A DNA stretch of 64,000 nucleotides, taken from assembly GCA_040901675.1 (NCBI GenBank), contig JBBDYJ010000010.1:330599-394598 (forward strand), in the 5' to 3' direction. Below the pieces are notes generated by a model that had not been told where the DNA came from, searched no databases, and worked only from the letters and a program-made list of their open reading frames with translations. The position numbers and the translations under genes are program-made. Origin of the DNA: Pirellulales bacterium (GTDB lineage: Bacteria > Planctomycetota > Planctomycetia > Pirellulales > JAICIG01). How positions within the stretch are numbered: position 1 is the first letter of the stretch; each line of letters begins with the position of its first letter. Positions 40,448 to 50,008 of the stretch are shown here, piece after piece.

Positions 40448-40690
40448 GCGGACAGCGGACCGATCTCTGTCGCTCTCCAGCCTATCTGCACCGTGTTCGT
40501 ACTGCGCGGATTCATGCGGTCGTGTTGCCTTTCTCTCTGCGCGTCTCCGCGTCCTCTGCGGTCGGGTTTCCTTGGACCCCAACAATGGGGTCACTACAAG
40601 ACTGCGGCGAAGCTTGACTTTCGCCGGGCCAATTGACATTATCGGGCGTTGATGGGTTGTGGCCTCGTCAGTTCCAGGGAACCTTTGCTC

Positions 40691-41416
40691 ATGCTCTCGA
40701 CCATCCGTGCACGGATCACGTCGCCTTCGATGCTCGTCTGCTTCTGCCTGGCCGGCTGTCTCTGGGGACAGGAATACAAGAGCGGCAAAGTCTGGCCCGA
40801 GCCGCCCGTGGTCGACCCGGGTGGCCCCGGCACGCCGCCGTCGGATGCCATCCGGCTCTTCGACGGCAAGGATCTGAACCAGTGGGAGGGGGGCGAGAGC
40901 TGGATCATCAAGGATAGCGTGGCCACCATCCGCGGCGGCGGCATTACCAGCAAGCAGGCCTTCGGCGACTGCCAATTGCACCTTGAGTGGGCCGCACCAA
41001 AAAAGATCGAAGGTGAAGGCCAGGGCCGCGGCAACAGCGGCATTTATATGCAAGGGCTGTACGAAATCCAGGTGCTCGATTCGTACGAGAACGCCACCTA
41101 CCCCGACGGCCAGGCCGCCGCCTTGTACAAGCAGTCGCCCCCGCTGGTCAACGCCTGCCGCAAGCCGGGCGAGTGGCAGTCGTTCGACATCATCTTTCAG
41201 GCCCCCCGCTTCGACGAGGCCGGCCGGCTCAAGCGTCCCGGCTACGTGACGGTGCTGTACAATGGCGTGTTGGTGCAAAACCACGTCAAGATCGAGGGGA
41301 CGACTTCCTGGGACCAGGCCCCGGCCTACTCACCCCATGCGGAGAAGCTGCCGTTGCACATCCAGGACCACGGAAACCCGGTCCGCTTCCGCAACATCTG
41401 GATTCGCGAACTATAG
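40691..41416 (+). CDS. DUF1080 (3-keto-disaccharide hydrolase family) exported protein
   Basis: LFDGKDL, GNSGIY, YEIQVLD, GEWQSFDI, QDHGNPVRFRNIWIREL. Confidence 0.93.
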   Translation: MLSTIRARITSPSMLVCFCLAGCLWGQEYKSGKVWPEPPVVDPGGPGTPPSDAIRLFDGKDLNQWEGGESWIIKDSVATIRGGGITSKQAFGDCQLHLEWAAPKKIEGEGQGRGNSGIYMQGLYEIQVLDSYENATYPDGQAAALYKQSPPLVNACRKPGEWQSFDIIFQAPRFDEAGRLKRPGYVTVLYNGVLVQNHVKIEGTTSWDQAPAYSPHAEKLPLHIQDHGNPVRFRNIWIREL

Positions 41417-41589
41417 CTTGCCAGCATGCGCAAAGGAGTGCTTCCCGCCCGCGGAGGTAGTGCCACCCCGCCCCCCAGGAGCGGCCCTGTGGCTCGTTCC
41501 GGTAAAGGCCGTTGCTGGCCCGGTATTCGCTTCCGCTCGACCGGCACTGGGCTCGAGCCTCATACGTGCGGGGCGGACAAGATAGCATC

Positions 41590-41982
41590 ATGATTGGTTC
41601 ACTTCGGATCGGCATCGCGGATGACGACCTCGGCAGCCGCAATACTCTACGAGACATGCTGTTGTCGCTGGGACACTCGGTGGTGAGCCTGGCCGAGGAT
41701 GGCGAGCAGCTCGTTGCACAATGCCGGGCGCAGCATCCGGACCTGGTCGTGATCGACCTAGAAATGCCGGTCCTGGACGGCCTGGCCGCCGCGGAGGAGA
41801 TTTGTGCGGCTGAACATCTTCCGATCATTCTGGTGTCGGGCCATCCAGACTTCGACCACGTGGTCCGGCGGCACGAGCCATTCGCTGCCTTCTTGGCAAA
41901 ACCGGTCACGCTCCAGCGGCTGCGGCAGGCAGTTCAGGACGCGATGGCACGCTCCTCGCAGCCCAGGGAGCCCGACAGCTAG
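41590..41982 (+). CDS. Single-domain response regulator
   Basis: IADDD, PDLVVIDLEMPVLDG, LAKPV. Confidence 0.88.
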   Translation: MIGSLRIGIADDDLGSRNTLRDMLLSLGHSVVSLAEDGEQLVAQCRAQHPDLVVIDLEMPVLDGLAAAEEICAAEHLPIILVSGHPDFDHVVRRHEPFAAFLAKPVTLQRLRQAVQDAMARSSQPREPDS

Positions 41983-42043
41983 AGTCCAGGCGCGACTGTC
42001 CGCGCCCGCACTTGGACTTATGGTTTCGCGCCGGAGGGAGAAG

Positions 42044-42178
42044 CTATCCAGGTGCCGATTCCTGGAAACTCAGTTGACCGATCGCACCCAGGATCTGATC
42101 GAGTGTGACCGGTTTGATCAGATGCCGCGCAAAGCCGACGGTCCGTGGTCCGTCGCCGCACAGTGTATCAGCCGCCAA
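42044..42178 (-). pseudogene. Remnant of a receiver-domain C-terminus
   Basis: Manual translation gives ...VGFARHLIKPVTLDQILGAIGQL...*; an in-frame TGA lies just upstream. Confidence 0.5.
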
Positions 42179-42395
42179 GCTCTTCCATCAACACAATGCC
42201 CCCCTGGATGTTCTGCCGCGTCCCCACCAGGGGGGCGGCAATCCTTTATGCAGCCATGGTTTAGGTTTTCTGGCGCAAAATCGCAGTGCGGTCTAGGCAA
42301 ATCGGCCGGCTGCGGCGAAACTCAATCTTTGACATTCCTGGACGAATGCAGACCCCAGTGGCCTATAGCTTTGAGTAGTTATTGGAGGCATTGCG

Positions 42396-44249
42396 ATGAA
42401 ACTCCGTGGCGCGTTGATGCGTGTTGTAGCCGTTGTGGCGGCGCTGGCACCGGTGGCGGCACGGGCCCAGGCGCCTGCCGCGGCGGCCACGGCCAAACAG
42501 ACGATTGCCGTCTTCCATCTGAAAGGACCGGTAAGCGAGTCGCCCGGCGACGGCGGCTTTCCCTTTTCGACCGAGCAGTCCGTATCGTTGAAAGACCTGG
42601 TCGCCCGGATCGCCAAGGCCCGTGACGACGAAGCCGTCAAGGCGCTGGTCCTCCTGCTCGAAGGCAGCGAGGTGTCGATCGCCCAGGCCGAAGAGCTCCG
42701 CCAGACGATGGCCAAGTTCCGCGAGTCGGGCAAGGAACTCTTCGCCCATGCCGATGCGCTGTCGATGGGCAACTATGCCCTGGTCGCCGGTGCCAGCCAG
42801 GTCAACGTCGTGCCGACGGCCGACATCTGGCTGACCGGCATTTATGCCGAGTCGCCCTATCTCAAGGGCCTCCTGACAAAAATCGGCGTCGAGCCCGACT
42901 TTCTCACCTGCGGCGAATTCAAAACCGCCGCCGAAATCTTCATGCGCGACGGGCCCAGCCCCCAAGCCGACGAGATGCAGAACCGGCTCTTGGACGGCCT
43001 CTACGAAACCCATGTCAAGCTCATCGCCGATGGCCGCGGCGTCCAGCCCGACCAGGTGCGGCGCTGGATCGACGGCGGGCCCTACACGGCCGCCAAGGCC
43101 GGCGAGCTTGGAATTGTCGATTCGCTCCACCACGTGCGAGAGTTCGAAGCGAGCCTGAAAGAGCGATTCGGCTCGGAAGTCAAATTCGACCACGACTACG
43201 GCAAAAAGGCGCCGCCGCGGATCGACCTGTCCAGCCCCTTCGGCGCCCTGAACTTCTGGAGCGAACTGCTGGCGGGCAAGAAGCAAAAGGTCTACAAAAA
43301 CTCGGTGGCCATCGTCTACGTCCAGGGCCCGATCGTGCTCGGCAGCACCCAGGCCAGCCCGTTTGCCAGCGCGGCGGCCTCCAGCAGCGATGTCCGCGCA
43401 GCGCTCGACAAGGCGGCCGACGACGACTCGATCAAGGCCGTCGTGTTGCGGGTGAATTCGCCCGGCGGATCGGCCGTGGCCAGCGAAATCATCCTCGACG
43501 CCACCCGGCGGGTGAAGGCGGCCAAGCCCCTGGTGGTCTCGATGGGCGACGTGGCCGCCAGCGGCGGTTACTACGTGGCTTGCGGCGCCGACACGGTCTT
43601 CGCCGATGAGTCGACCATTACCGGCTCGATCGGCGTCGTCGGCGGCAAGCTGGCGACCAGTGGATTGTGGAACAAGCTCGGCGTTAACTGGAAAGGCTAC
43701 GGCCGCGGCGCGAATGCCTCGCTCTTGAGCACCGCCCAGCCCTTCACTCCCGCCCAGCGCGAGCACATGCAGGCCTGGATGGACGAAATCTATGGCGTCT
43801 TCAAGGGACACGTCACCGCCATCCGGGGCGACCGCCTGAAGAAGGATATCGACAGCCTCGCCGGCGGCCGCGTCTACACGGGACGGCAGGCCCTCGATCT
43901 CGGCTTGGTCGACAAGCTGGGAACCCTGGACGACGCCATCCAGTTTGCGGCCGCCGAAGCCAAGGTTACCGACTACGACGTGCGGATCGTGCCCGAACCC
44001 AAGAACTTCCTGGAGCGGTTGCTCGAGGACGCAGCCGGGCAAAAGAAAGACGACTCGCACCTCGCGATTGCACAAGCGCTGACCGGCAGCGGCCGGCGGC
44101 CCGGACTGCTCGAGGCCGCCTTGCCCTACTTCGACAAGCTCGATCCAAAGCGGCTTGCCGCGGTCCGCTTGGCCCTCGGACGGCTGGAGTTGCTGCACGA
44201 GGAAGGCGCGTTGTTGATGATGCCCGAGATCCTGGTCCAGGGACGATGA
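42396..44249 (+). CDS. sppA: Signal peptide peptidase SppA (67K type)
   Basis: Two S49 lobes; LRVNSPGGS, SMGDVAASGGY, TGSIGV, GRVYTGRQA. Confidence 0.94.
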   Translation: MKLRGALMRVVAVVAALAPVAARAQAPAAAATAKQTIAVFHLKGPVSESPGDGGFPFSTEQSVSLKDLVARIAKARDDEAVKALVLLLEGSEVSIAQAEELRQTMAKFRESGKELFAHADALSMGNYALVAGASQVNVVPTADIWLTGIYAESPYLKGLLTKIGVEPDFLTCGEFKTAAEIFMRDGPSPQADEMQNRLLDGLYETHVKLIADGRGVQPDQVRRWIDGGPYTAAKAGELGIVDSLHHVREFEASLKERFGSEVKFDHDYGKKAPPRIDLSSPFGALNFWSELLAGKKQKVYKNSVAIVYVQGPIVLGSTQASPFASAAASSSDVRAALDKAADDDSIKAVVLRVNSPGGSAVASEIILDATRRVKAAKPLVVSMGDVAASGGYYVACGADTVFADESTITGSIGVVGGKLATSGLWNKLGVNWKGYGRGANASLLSTAQPFTPAQREHMQAWMDEIYGVFKGHVTAIRGDRLKKDIDSLAGGRVYTGRQALDLGLVDKLGTLDDAIQFAAAEAKVTDYDVRIVPEPKNFLERLLEDAAGQKKDDSHLAIAQALTGSGRRPGLLEAALPYFDKLDPKRLAAVRLALGRLELLHEEGALLMMPEILVQGR

Positions 44250-45400
44250 GCTGGCTGAACGCCGCGGCCCTGGCCGCTTTAGCCGCCGGCCACGCCGAGC
44301 TGATGGTGGCGCTGATCAACCGGCTGCACGCCTTGCCGCTCTCGCACGGCCTGCTGCGCCGCAGCCGTCAGCTTCACGAGTTGGTGATCCTGGCGTTTCC
44401 GCTCGTGCTGGTCTGGTTCGTGGGTCTGACGGGTCCCCGCTTGCTGACCGGCGGCCGCTGGTCCGACTTGCCCGCCCCCTGGGCCGGCTACCTTGGCCTG
44501 TGCGCTTTGGGCGCCGTTGGGCTGGTGGTTTCGGCCGTGGCCCAGGCGCGGCAGCGCCCGCCGGCCGCACAGGTGTCGAACCATTCACACACCATCGATA
44601 TCGACAAGCGGCTCGGCTATCGCCCCATCGGCGCCGGCAGGCATCGGCTGATGATCGGCATGCCCGGCAACGAGGCCTTTCGCGTCGAGGTCTCCGACAA
44701 GACGTACCGCCTACCGAAACTTCCGGCCGCCTGGGACGGCCTTTCGATCGTACACCTGACCGATCTGCACTACACGGGCAGACCCGACCGCCGCTTCTTT
44801 GAAGAAGTTTGCGAATTGTCGGCGGAGCTTGCGCCCGACATGTTCGTATTCACGGGCGACCTGCTCGACAGCCAAGAGCTGATGGACTGGTTCCCCTCCA
44901 CTCTGGGCCGGCTCAATGCTCCGTTGGGCTGCCATTTTGTGCTGGGCAACCACGACTGGTACCTTGACGCCGACGCGATCCGCCGCGGCCTGATCGATCT
45001 CGGCTGGCACGACGTGGCCGGGCGATGGCTTTCGATCGAGCACCGCGGGCATCCATTGGTCATCACCGGCACAGAGCAGCCCTGGATGGGCCGCCACCCG
45101 GACCTGGCCGGCGCGCCGGCCGAAGCCTTTCGGCTGCTGTTGAGCCACACGGCCGACAACCTGCCCTGGGCTCGCGGCCAGTCGATCGACCTGATGCTCT
45201 CCGGGCACAACCACGGCGGCCAGGTGATGCTGCCCCTGGTTGGCGCCGTTTACTCCCCCAGCGTCCACGGCTGCCGCTACGCGTCTGGAGCTTTTTGGCA
45301 ACCGCCCACGCTCTTGTACGTATCCCGCGGCCTTTCCGGCCGTCTCCCCTTCCGCTTCCGCTGCCCCCCCGAGCTGACGCGGCTTGTGCTCCGTCCGTAG
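44246..45400 (+). CDS. Membrane-anchored metallophosphoesterase
   Basis: TDLH, TGDLLD, LGNHD, LLSH, SGHNHGGQ, YVSRG. Confidence 0.92.
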   Translation: MSWLNAAALAALAAGHAELMVALINRLHALPLSHGLLRRSRQLHELVILAFPLVLVWFVGLTGPRLLTGGRWSDLPAPWAGYLGLCALGAVGLVVSAVAQARQRPPAAQVSNHSHTIDIDKRLGYRPIGAGRHRLMIGMPGNEAFRVEVSDKTYRLPKLPAAWDGLSIVHLTDLHYTGRPDRRFFEEVCELSAELAPDMFVFTGDLLDSQELMDWFPSTLGRLNAPLGCHFVLGNHDWYLDADAIRRGLIDLGWHDVAGRWLSIEHRGHPLVITGTEQPWMGRHPDLAGAPAEAFRLLLSHTADNLPWARGQSIDLMLSGHNHGGQVMLPLVGAVYSPSVHGCRYASGAFWQPPTLLYVSRGLSGRLPFRFRCPPELTRLVLRP

Positions 45401-45486
45401 AACGGAACTTCATTCCGTTTTCTTCTTCCGAATTCGTATCCTCTTTGATTTGACACGCCACGGAAACGGAATGAATTCCGTTCTAC
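45397..45486. repeat. GTAG-type REP doublet (family R4), inverted pair
   Basis: GTAGAACGGAACTTCATTCCGTT ... AACGGAATGAATTCCGTTCTAC; third copy at 61105-61126. Confidence 0.85.
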
Positions 45487-46367
45487 GTTTCCTCCTTCCT
45501 CCGCCCGTACCGGGCCACGAGGCCGGCCAGGATCAATCCGCCGCCGAGCAGCGTCCACCAGGCGGGCTGCTCGCCGTGGGCCAGAAAGACCCACAAGGGC
45601 GACATCACCGGTTCGGTCAAGCCGATCAACGCCCCCTCCTGGCTCGATACTGCACGCAGCCCTCGGGCAAAAAGCAAGTACGGCAAACCCATCTGCACCA
45701 GTCCGAAGGCAGCCAGCACCAAAAACTGCATTCCGGTGATCTGGTGTGCAAAACCCAGCGGGATCAGCACGGCCGCGGCCACCAGGTGGTTCAACGCCAC
45801 AAGCCAGGCGGAATTGTGCTTGCTGAGTGCCCGCAAGAACATCACTACTCCCGCGTAGAACACCCCTGAAGCCAGGCCGTACAGCACGCCTGCCTGCTGG
45901 GTTCCGAAGGCGGCCGGATCGAGCTCGAAATAAAGGATCGTCGCTATGCCGGCCAGCCCGCAGGCCAGCGGGACCGCGTCGCGGCGATCGAGCGAGCTGC
46001 GCCAGAATAGCAGGCCGCACACGAACACCCACAACGGCGCGGTGCTCTGCAGCCAAATGGCGTTGGCCGCCGTGGTCATCGTCATCGACTTCAGGAAGCA
46101 GACGTTCATCGCGGTGAACGCGATGGTCATCGGCACCAGCCGCGGCTCCCAGCGCGGCCGCCGCACGGCGGGCAGGATGAGCAAGCCCGCAAACGCCGCC
46201 CGCCAGAATGCCAACATCGTGCCCCGCGCCTCGAGCGGCCACGAGTCGAAGATCGGCGACTTGGCAAACAGCCCGTTCGTGCTCCACAAGAGCGTCGCCG
46301 CCAGGATCAACAGCCGGCCCGCTCCCGGCCGCAGCAGCACTGGTTCGGACGTGTCCGATGTTTTCAT
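45483..46367 (-). CDS. EamA/DMT family transporter
   Basis: About 10 TM helices, LWSTNG, NAIWLQSTAP, LTEPV. Confidence 0.92.
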   Translation of the reverse strand: MKTSDTSEPVLLRPGAGRLLILAATLLWSTNGLFAKSPIFDSWPLEARGTMLAFWRAAFAGLLILPAVRRPRWEPRLVPMTIAFTAMNVCFLKSMTMTTAANAIWLQSTAPLWVFVCGLLFWRSSLDRRDAVPLACGLAGIATILYFELDPAAFGTQQAGVLYGLASGVFYAGVVMFLRALSKHNSAWLVALNHLVAAAVLIPLGFAHQITGMQFLVLAAFGLVQMGLPYLLFARGLRAVSSQEGALIGLTEPVMSPLWVFLAHGEQPAWWTLLGGGLILAGLVARYGRRKEET

Positions 46368-46458
46368 GCCCCCATCTTACGCTGCCGCCCTCTCCCGTGG
46401 CAGAACTCGCTATCCTGTTAGCTTCATCCTTCTGCCTTAACTATCCGATCTTGGGATT

Positions 46459-48081
46459 ATGACTTCTCGTAACCGTTTCGACTGCGTGATCATTGGCGGC
46501 GGGCACAATGGACTGGTCGCCGCCGCCTACCTGGCCAAGGCCGGCAAAACGGTTTGCGTGCTCGAGCGGCGGCACGTGCTCGGCGGCGCCGCCACCACCG
46601 AGGAGCTCTGGCCAGGATACAAGGTGTCGACGGCGGCCTACGTCGTCAGCCTGCTCTTGCCCGAGATCATTCGCGAGCTGCGGCTGGCGTACTATGGGCT
46701 GGTTATCCTGCCGCGGTCCCCCTCGTCGTTCACGCCGCTGGAAGATGGCCGCAGTCTGCTGATGGGAACAGAGCCCGGACTCAACGTGAGCCAGATCGCC
46801 CAGTTCAACCAGCGCGACGCCGCCGCCTATCCCCGCTACGAGGGCCTTCTGGAGCGCGTGGCGGAAACGCTGGAGCCGCTGCTCTCGCAATCGGCCCCCG
46901 ATCCGCTGCCGCTGCCGGCGTCCTGGCGGCGGATCGGACTGGCCAAACGCGGCCGCGACGCGGCTGCCCTGTGGCGGATGTACCGGGCCATGGGCCAGTT
47001 GGGTGACGAGCTGCCCGAGGCCCTGGAGCTGCTCGCCGGCTCGGCCCGGACCATCCTGGACCGCTGGTTCGAGTCCGACGTGCTCAAGGCCACGCTGGCC
47101 ACCGACGCCATCATCGGCGCGTTCGCCTCGATCTCGTCGCCCGGCAGCGCCTACGTGCTGTTGCACCACGTGATGGGACAGGCGACCGGCGTCCGCGGCG
47201 TGTGGGGCTATGTGCAAGGCGGCATGGGCGCCTTGAGCGAATCGATCGCCCGCTCGGCCGTGGACCTGGGCGTCGAGATCCGCCGCGAGGCCGAGGTGGT
47301 CCGCATCTTGACGTCCAAGGGCAGGGCCGCCGGGGTAGCGTTGGCCGACGGCAGCCAGATCGAGTCGTGGGCGGTGGCTTCCAGCGTCGACCCGCACTGG
47401 ACCTTCGAGCGGCTGCTGGAGCCGGACGCCTTGCCTGAACAGTTCCGTGCCGCCGTGGCACGCATCGACTACTCCAGCGCTTCGGCCAAGATCAACCTGG
47501 CGCTGGCCGAGCCGCCCCGGTTCACTTGCCTGCCCGGCGAAGGGATCGGGCCGCACCATCGCGGAACGATCCACGTCGGCCCCAGCCTGGATTATCTGGA
47601 ACGGGCCTTCGACGACGCCAAGTATGGCCGTCCCAGTCAGCGCCCGATCCTCGAAATCACGTTGCCGACCAGCGTCGACACGAGCATTGCCCCGCCCGGG
47701 CGCCACCTGATGTCGATGTTCGTGCAGTACGCTCCCTACCGGCTGGCCGACGGCGACTGGGACCAGGTCAAGGAGGCCTTCGCCGATCGTTGCATTGATG
47801 AGCTGGCCCGCTACGCGCCCAACGTGCCGGCCGCCGTGCTGCACCGCCAGGTGCTCAGCCCGCTCGACCTGGAACGCACCTTCCGCTTGACGGGCGGGAA
47901 CATCTTTCAAGGCGCGATGAGCCTGGGCCAGCTCTTCTCGCTGCGGCCCGTGGCCGGCTGGGCCGACCATCGAACTCCGCTGCCCGGCCTTTATCTATGC
48001 GGCGCCGCCAGCCATCCCGGCGGCGGCGTGATGGGCGCCTGCGGCCGCAACGCCGCCCGCGAGATCCTCCGCGACTTCTGA
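46459..48081 (+). CDS. Phytoene dehydrogenase-like FAD-dependent oxidoreductase (COG1233)
   Basis: IIGGGHNGLVAA, LERR..LGG, GLYLCGAASHPGGGV. Confidence 0.92.
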   Translation: MTSRNRFDCVIIGGGHNGLVAAAYLAKAGKTVCVLERRHVLGGAATTEELWPGYKVSTAAYVVSLLLPEIIRELRLAYYGLVILPRSPSSFTPLEDGRSLLMGTEPGLNVSQIAQFNQRDAAAYPRYEGLLERVAETLEPLLSQSAPDPLPLPASWRRIGLAKRGRDAAALWRMYRAMGQLGDELPEALELLAGSARTILDRWFESDVLKATLATDAIIGAFASISSPGSAYVLLHHVMGQATGVRGVWGYVQGGMGALSESIARSAVDLGVEIRREAEVVRILTSKGRAAGVALADGSQIESWAVASSVDPHWTFERLLEPDALPEQFRAAVARIDYSSASAKINLALAEPPRFTCLPGEGIGPHHRGTIHVGPSLDYLERAFDDAKYGRPSQRPILEITLPTSVDTSIAPPGRHLMSMFVQYAPYRLADGDWDQVKEAFADRCIDELARYAPNVPAAVLHRQVLSPLDLERTFRLTGGNIFQGAMSLGQLFSLRPVAGWADHRTPLPGLYLCGAASHPGGGVMGACGRNAAREILRDF

Positions 48082-48120
48082 AGGCAGAAGGAGGAAGGAG
48101 GAAGGAGGAAGGAGGAATAG
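48080..48120 (+). repeat. Heptamer arm (GAAGGAG)n, left of the four-helix-bundle gene
   Basis: Inverted relative to 48578-48617. Confidence 0.85.
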
Positions 48121-48150
48121 GGAGCGATTCGCAGCCCGCCTCGGCCTTCA

Positions 48151-48525
48151 CTATTTCCTCGGCTTCTTTCGCTTGGCGTTCCTTCCGCAAGTGACCAGGA
48201 TAGCAGTGAGTTCTTCGGCTTCCAGGCAAATGTCAGTCAATCGCGAGGCGCGGATAGTTCCGCTGTCGCCCAGCAACTCCAGCCAGTAGGCGGTCTCCTC
48301 CAGTTCCGCCACGCCTCCCTGGACCTTGCTAACGAATTCGGCCGTCGATCTCGCACGCGTGGCTTCCCGATAGTGTGCTCCAACGGAAGTGCCGCTTCGC
48401 AGCAGTTGCTTGCCCAATACCTGGGCTACTGCTGCCTTCGGGAGGGCCCCGAACAACCGGATAATGCGCAGTGCAAATGCCTTTGTTCGCGTCTTCAGGT
48501 CCCCAGCTCGCCGATCAGTCTGCGT
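48151..48525 (-). CDS. Four helix bundle protein (TIGR02436 / 23S rRNA IVP-like)
   Basis: DLKTRTKAFALRII, KQLLRSGTSVGAHYREA.RARS.AEFVSK, ELEETAYWLELL; start codon uncertain (ACG at 48525). Confidence 0.88.
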   Translation of the reverse strand, partial: TQTDRRAGDLKTRTKAFALRIIRLFGALPKAAVAQVLGKQLLRSGTSVGAHYREATRARSTAEFVSKVQGGVAELEETAYWLELLGDSGTIRASRLTDICLEAEELTAILVTCGRNAKRKKPRK

Positions 48526-48577
48526 TTTCTTTCTCCTTGTTGTTTAGTCTTCACCGATTCTCAGCGCTCTCCTCTCT

Positions 48578-48617
48578 TATTCCTCCCTCCTTCCTCCTTC
48601 CTCCTTCCTCCTTTTCT
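48578..48617 (-). repeat. Heptamer arm (CTCCTTC)n, right of the four-helix-bundle gene
   Basis: TATTCCTCCCTCCTTCCTCCTTCCTCCTTCCTCCTTTTCT. Confidence 0.85.
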
Positions 48618-48618
48618 A

Positions 48619-49200
48619 CTACCTTGCCACCAACACGATCATCGTCACGATCCCCAGCACGACGACCGCCGCGGCCACGATCGACCACTTCAATACGGCC
48701 TTGTTGAACCGCTCTTCGCGGAGCCGCCGCGCTAAAGCTTGCTCCTCGCGGTATTCAACGCTGTCCTCGCGGCGCAGACGGAATTGCGTCTGGCAGAACG
48801 GGCAAAGAACCTCCTGGCCGATCATGTCCGCCGGCGTTTCCAAGACGTGACCTTGCGGACACGGTACGTGAAAGAGGGCGGGTTCCTGCTGTTCCTCCGT
48901 CGCCACTTCAGCTTGCACATCCGCCGGTTCGGCTTCCTGGCCGGCGGGGGCCGCGGCTTCCGAACCGGGTGGCGGCAGGTCGACGTTGATCTCCGGAGGC
49001 GCTTCGGCCGCCGGCTCGGCAGCGCCCGCCTCAGGCCAGGGGCCCGGTGCCGCTGGGCTCCACCCGGCTGGCGTGGCACCGCTCTGGATCACCGGGATGA
49101 TGAACAGGATTCCGCAGAGCGGGCACTGGCTCTGCTGGCCCATCTGCGACTCGTGCCCTTCCAGCAGGTGCCCTTGAGGGCAATAGAATTGAAACGGCAT
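48619..49200 (-). CDS. Double zinc-ribbon protein with C-terminal TM anchor
   Basis: CPQGH..CPLC and CPQGH..CPFC; hydrophobic C-terminus. Confidence 0.8.
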   Translation of the reverse strand: MPFQFYCPQGHLLEGHESQMGQQSQCPLCGILFIIPVIQSGATPAGWSPAAPGPWPEAGAAEPAAEAPPEINVDLPPPGSEAAAPAGQEAEPADVQAEVATEEQQEPALFHVPCPQGHVLETPADMIGQEVLCPFCQTQFRLRREDSVEYREEQALARRLREERFNKAVLKWSIVAAAVVVLGIVTMIVLVAR

Positions 49201-49209
49201 CCGTCCAGC

Positions 49210-49833
49210 TTAGCCGGGCGGGCTAGCCAGACAAGCGCGCCGGTAGCAGTAGTCGAACAGCAATTGCCACTCGCGCAACTGCACTCGCCGCACCAGCGCG
49301 TCGCGCGGTGATTCCCCGCTTGCCGCCGCCTGGCAAAGATCGACAAACCGCGCATGGTCCCAGGCCGGCTGGTCGATCAGAAACCGCGCGGTCGCGTCCA
49401 GTGCATGCTCACCGGCCAGGCGGCGCGCGTCCTCCGTCAGCCGATCGCCGATCGGATGGCCGCCGACTCGGCGGAACCAATACTTGGCATTGCCGTAGTC
49501 CGGCTCGCGCCGGTGCATGATCCCATGCCAATAGCTCCCCTCGATCGAGTTGAGCTCCTGGCTGACCCGGTGCGACTCGTCCAGAAAGTCGTGGTACAGC
49601 CACAGCCCCGCCAGGCAGGCCGCCGCCCATTCATCATCCACGCGGCCGTCACGAGCCAGCCGTGATGGGTCCTGCGCCAGTTCCACCAGGTGGCGCCGGG
49701 CGGCCAAGTTCGGCTGGCCGGGCCCCAGCTCGTTCAGCCGCTCCGGTTCGAGCAGCTCGGTGACAGCCGGTGCGTAGTTCGTGGGGTCGAACGAATCTTG
49801 CGCGGTCGCGGGCATGGCCATCTCCTCCTTCAA
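49210..49833 (-). CDS. Conserved hypothetical protein
   Basis: AGLWLYHDFLDESH..SQ, SYWHGIMHRREPDYGNAKYWF. Confidence 0.8.
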   Translation of the reverse strand: MKEEMAMPATAQDSFDPTNYAPAVTELLEPERLNELGPGQPNLAARRHLVELAQDPSRLARDGRVDDEWAAACLAGLWLYHDFLDESHRVSQELNSIEGSYWHGIMHRREPDYGNAKYWFRRVGGHPIGDRLTEDARRLAGEHALDATARFLIDQPAWDHARFVDLCQAAASGESPRDALVRRVQLREWQLLFDYCYRRACLASPPG

Positions 49834-50008
49834 CTTGCACCGGCACTTTCACGGTCGCCACCCATTATCAACGCCCCGCCCTGTCTGGTTCAACGGCCGG
49901 TTGCGGCGCCGCCGCACTGTTTTTTCCTTGCCACCATGTTCCAGCCGGAATACTCTTGCTCCTGACACCAGCCCTCGAGCTGGAGGCCTGCTTTCAGGGG
50001 AGGTGCCC

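Noticed and set aside
46459..48081. Carotenoid biosynthesis gene crtI
   Set aside because: Generic COG1233 motifs and no neighbouring crt genes.
48151..48525. Diversity-generating retroelement (Avd-like gene)
   Set aside because: No reverse transcriptase and no TR/VR repeat pair seen in the window.
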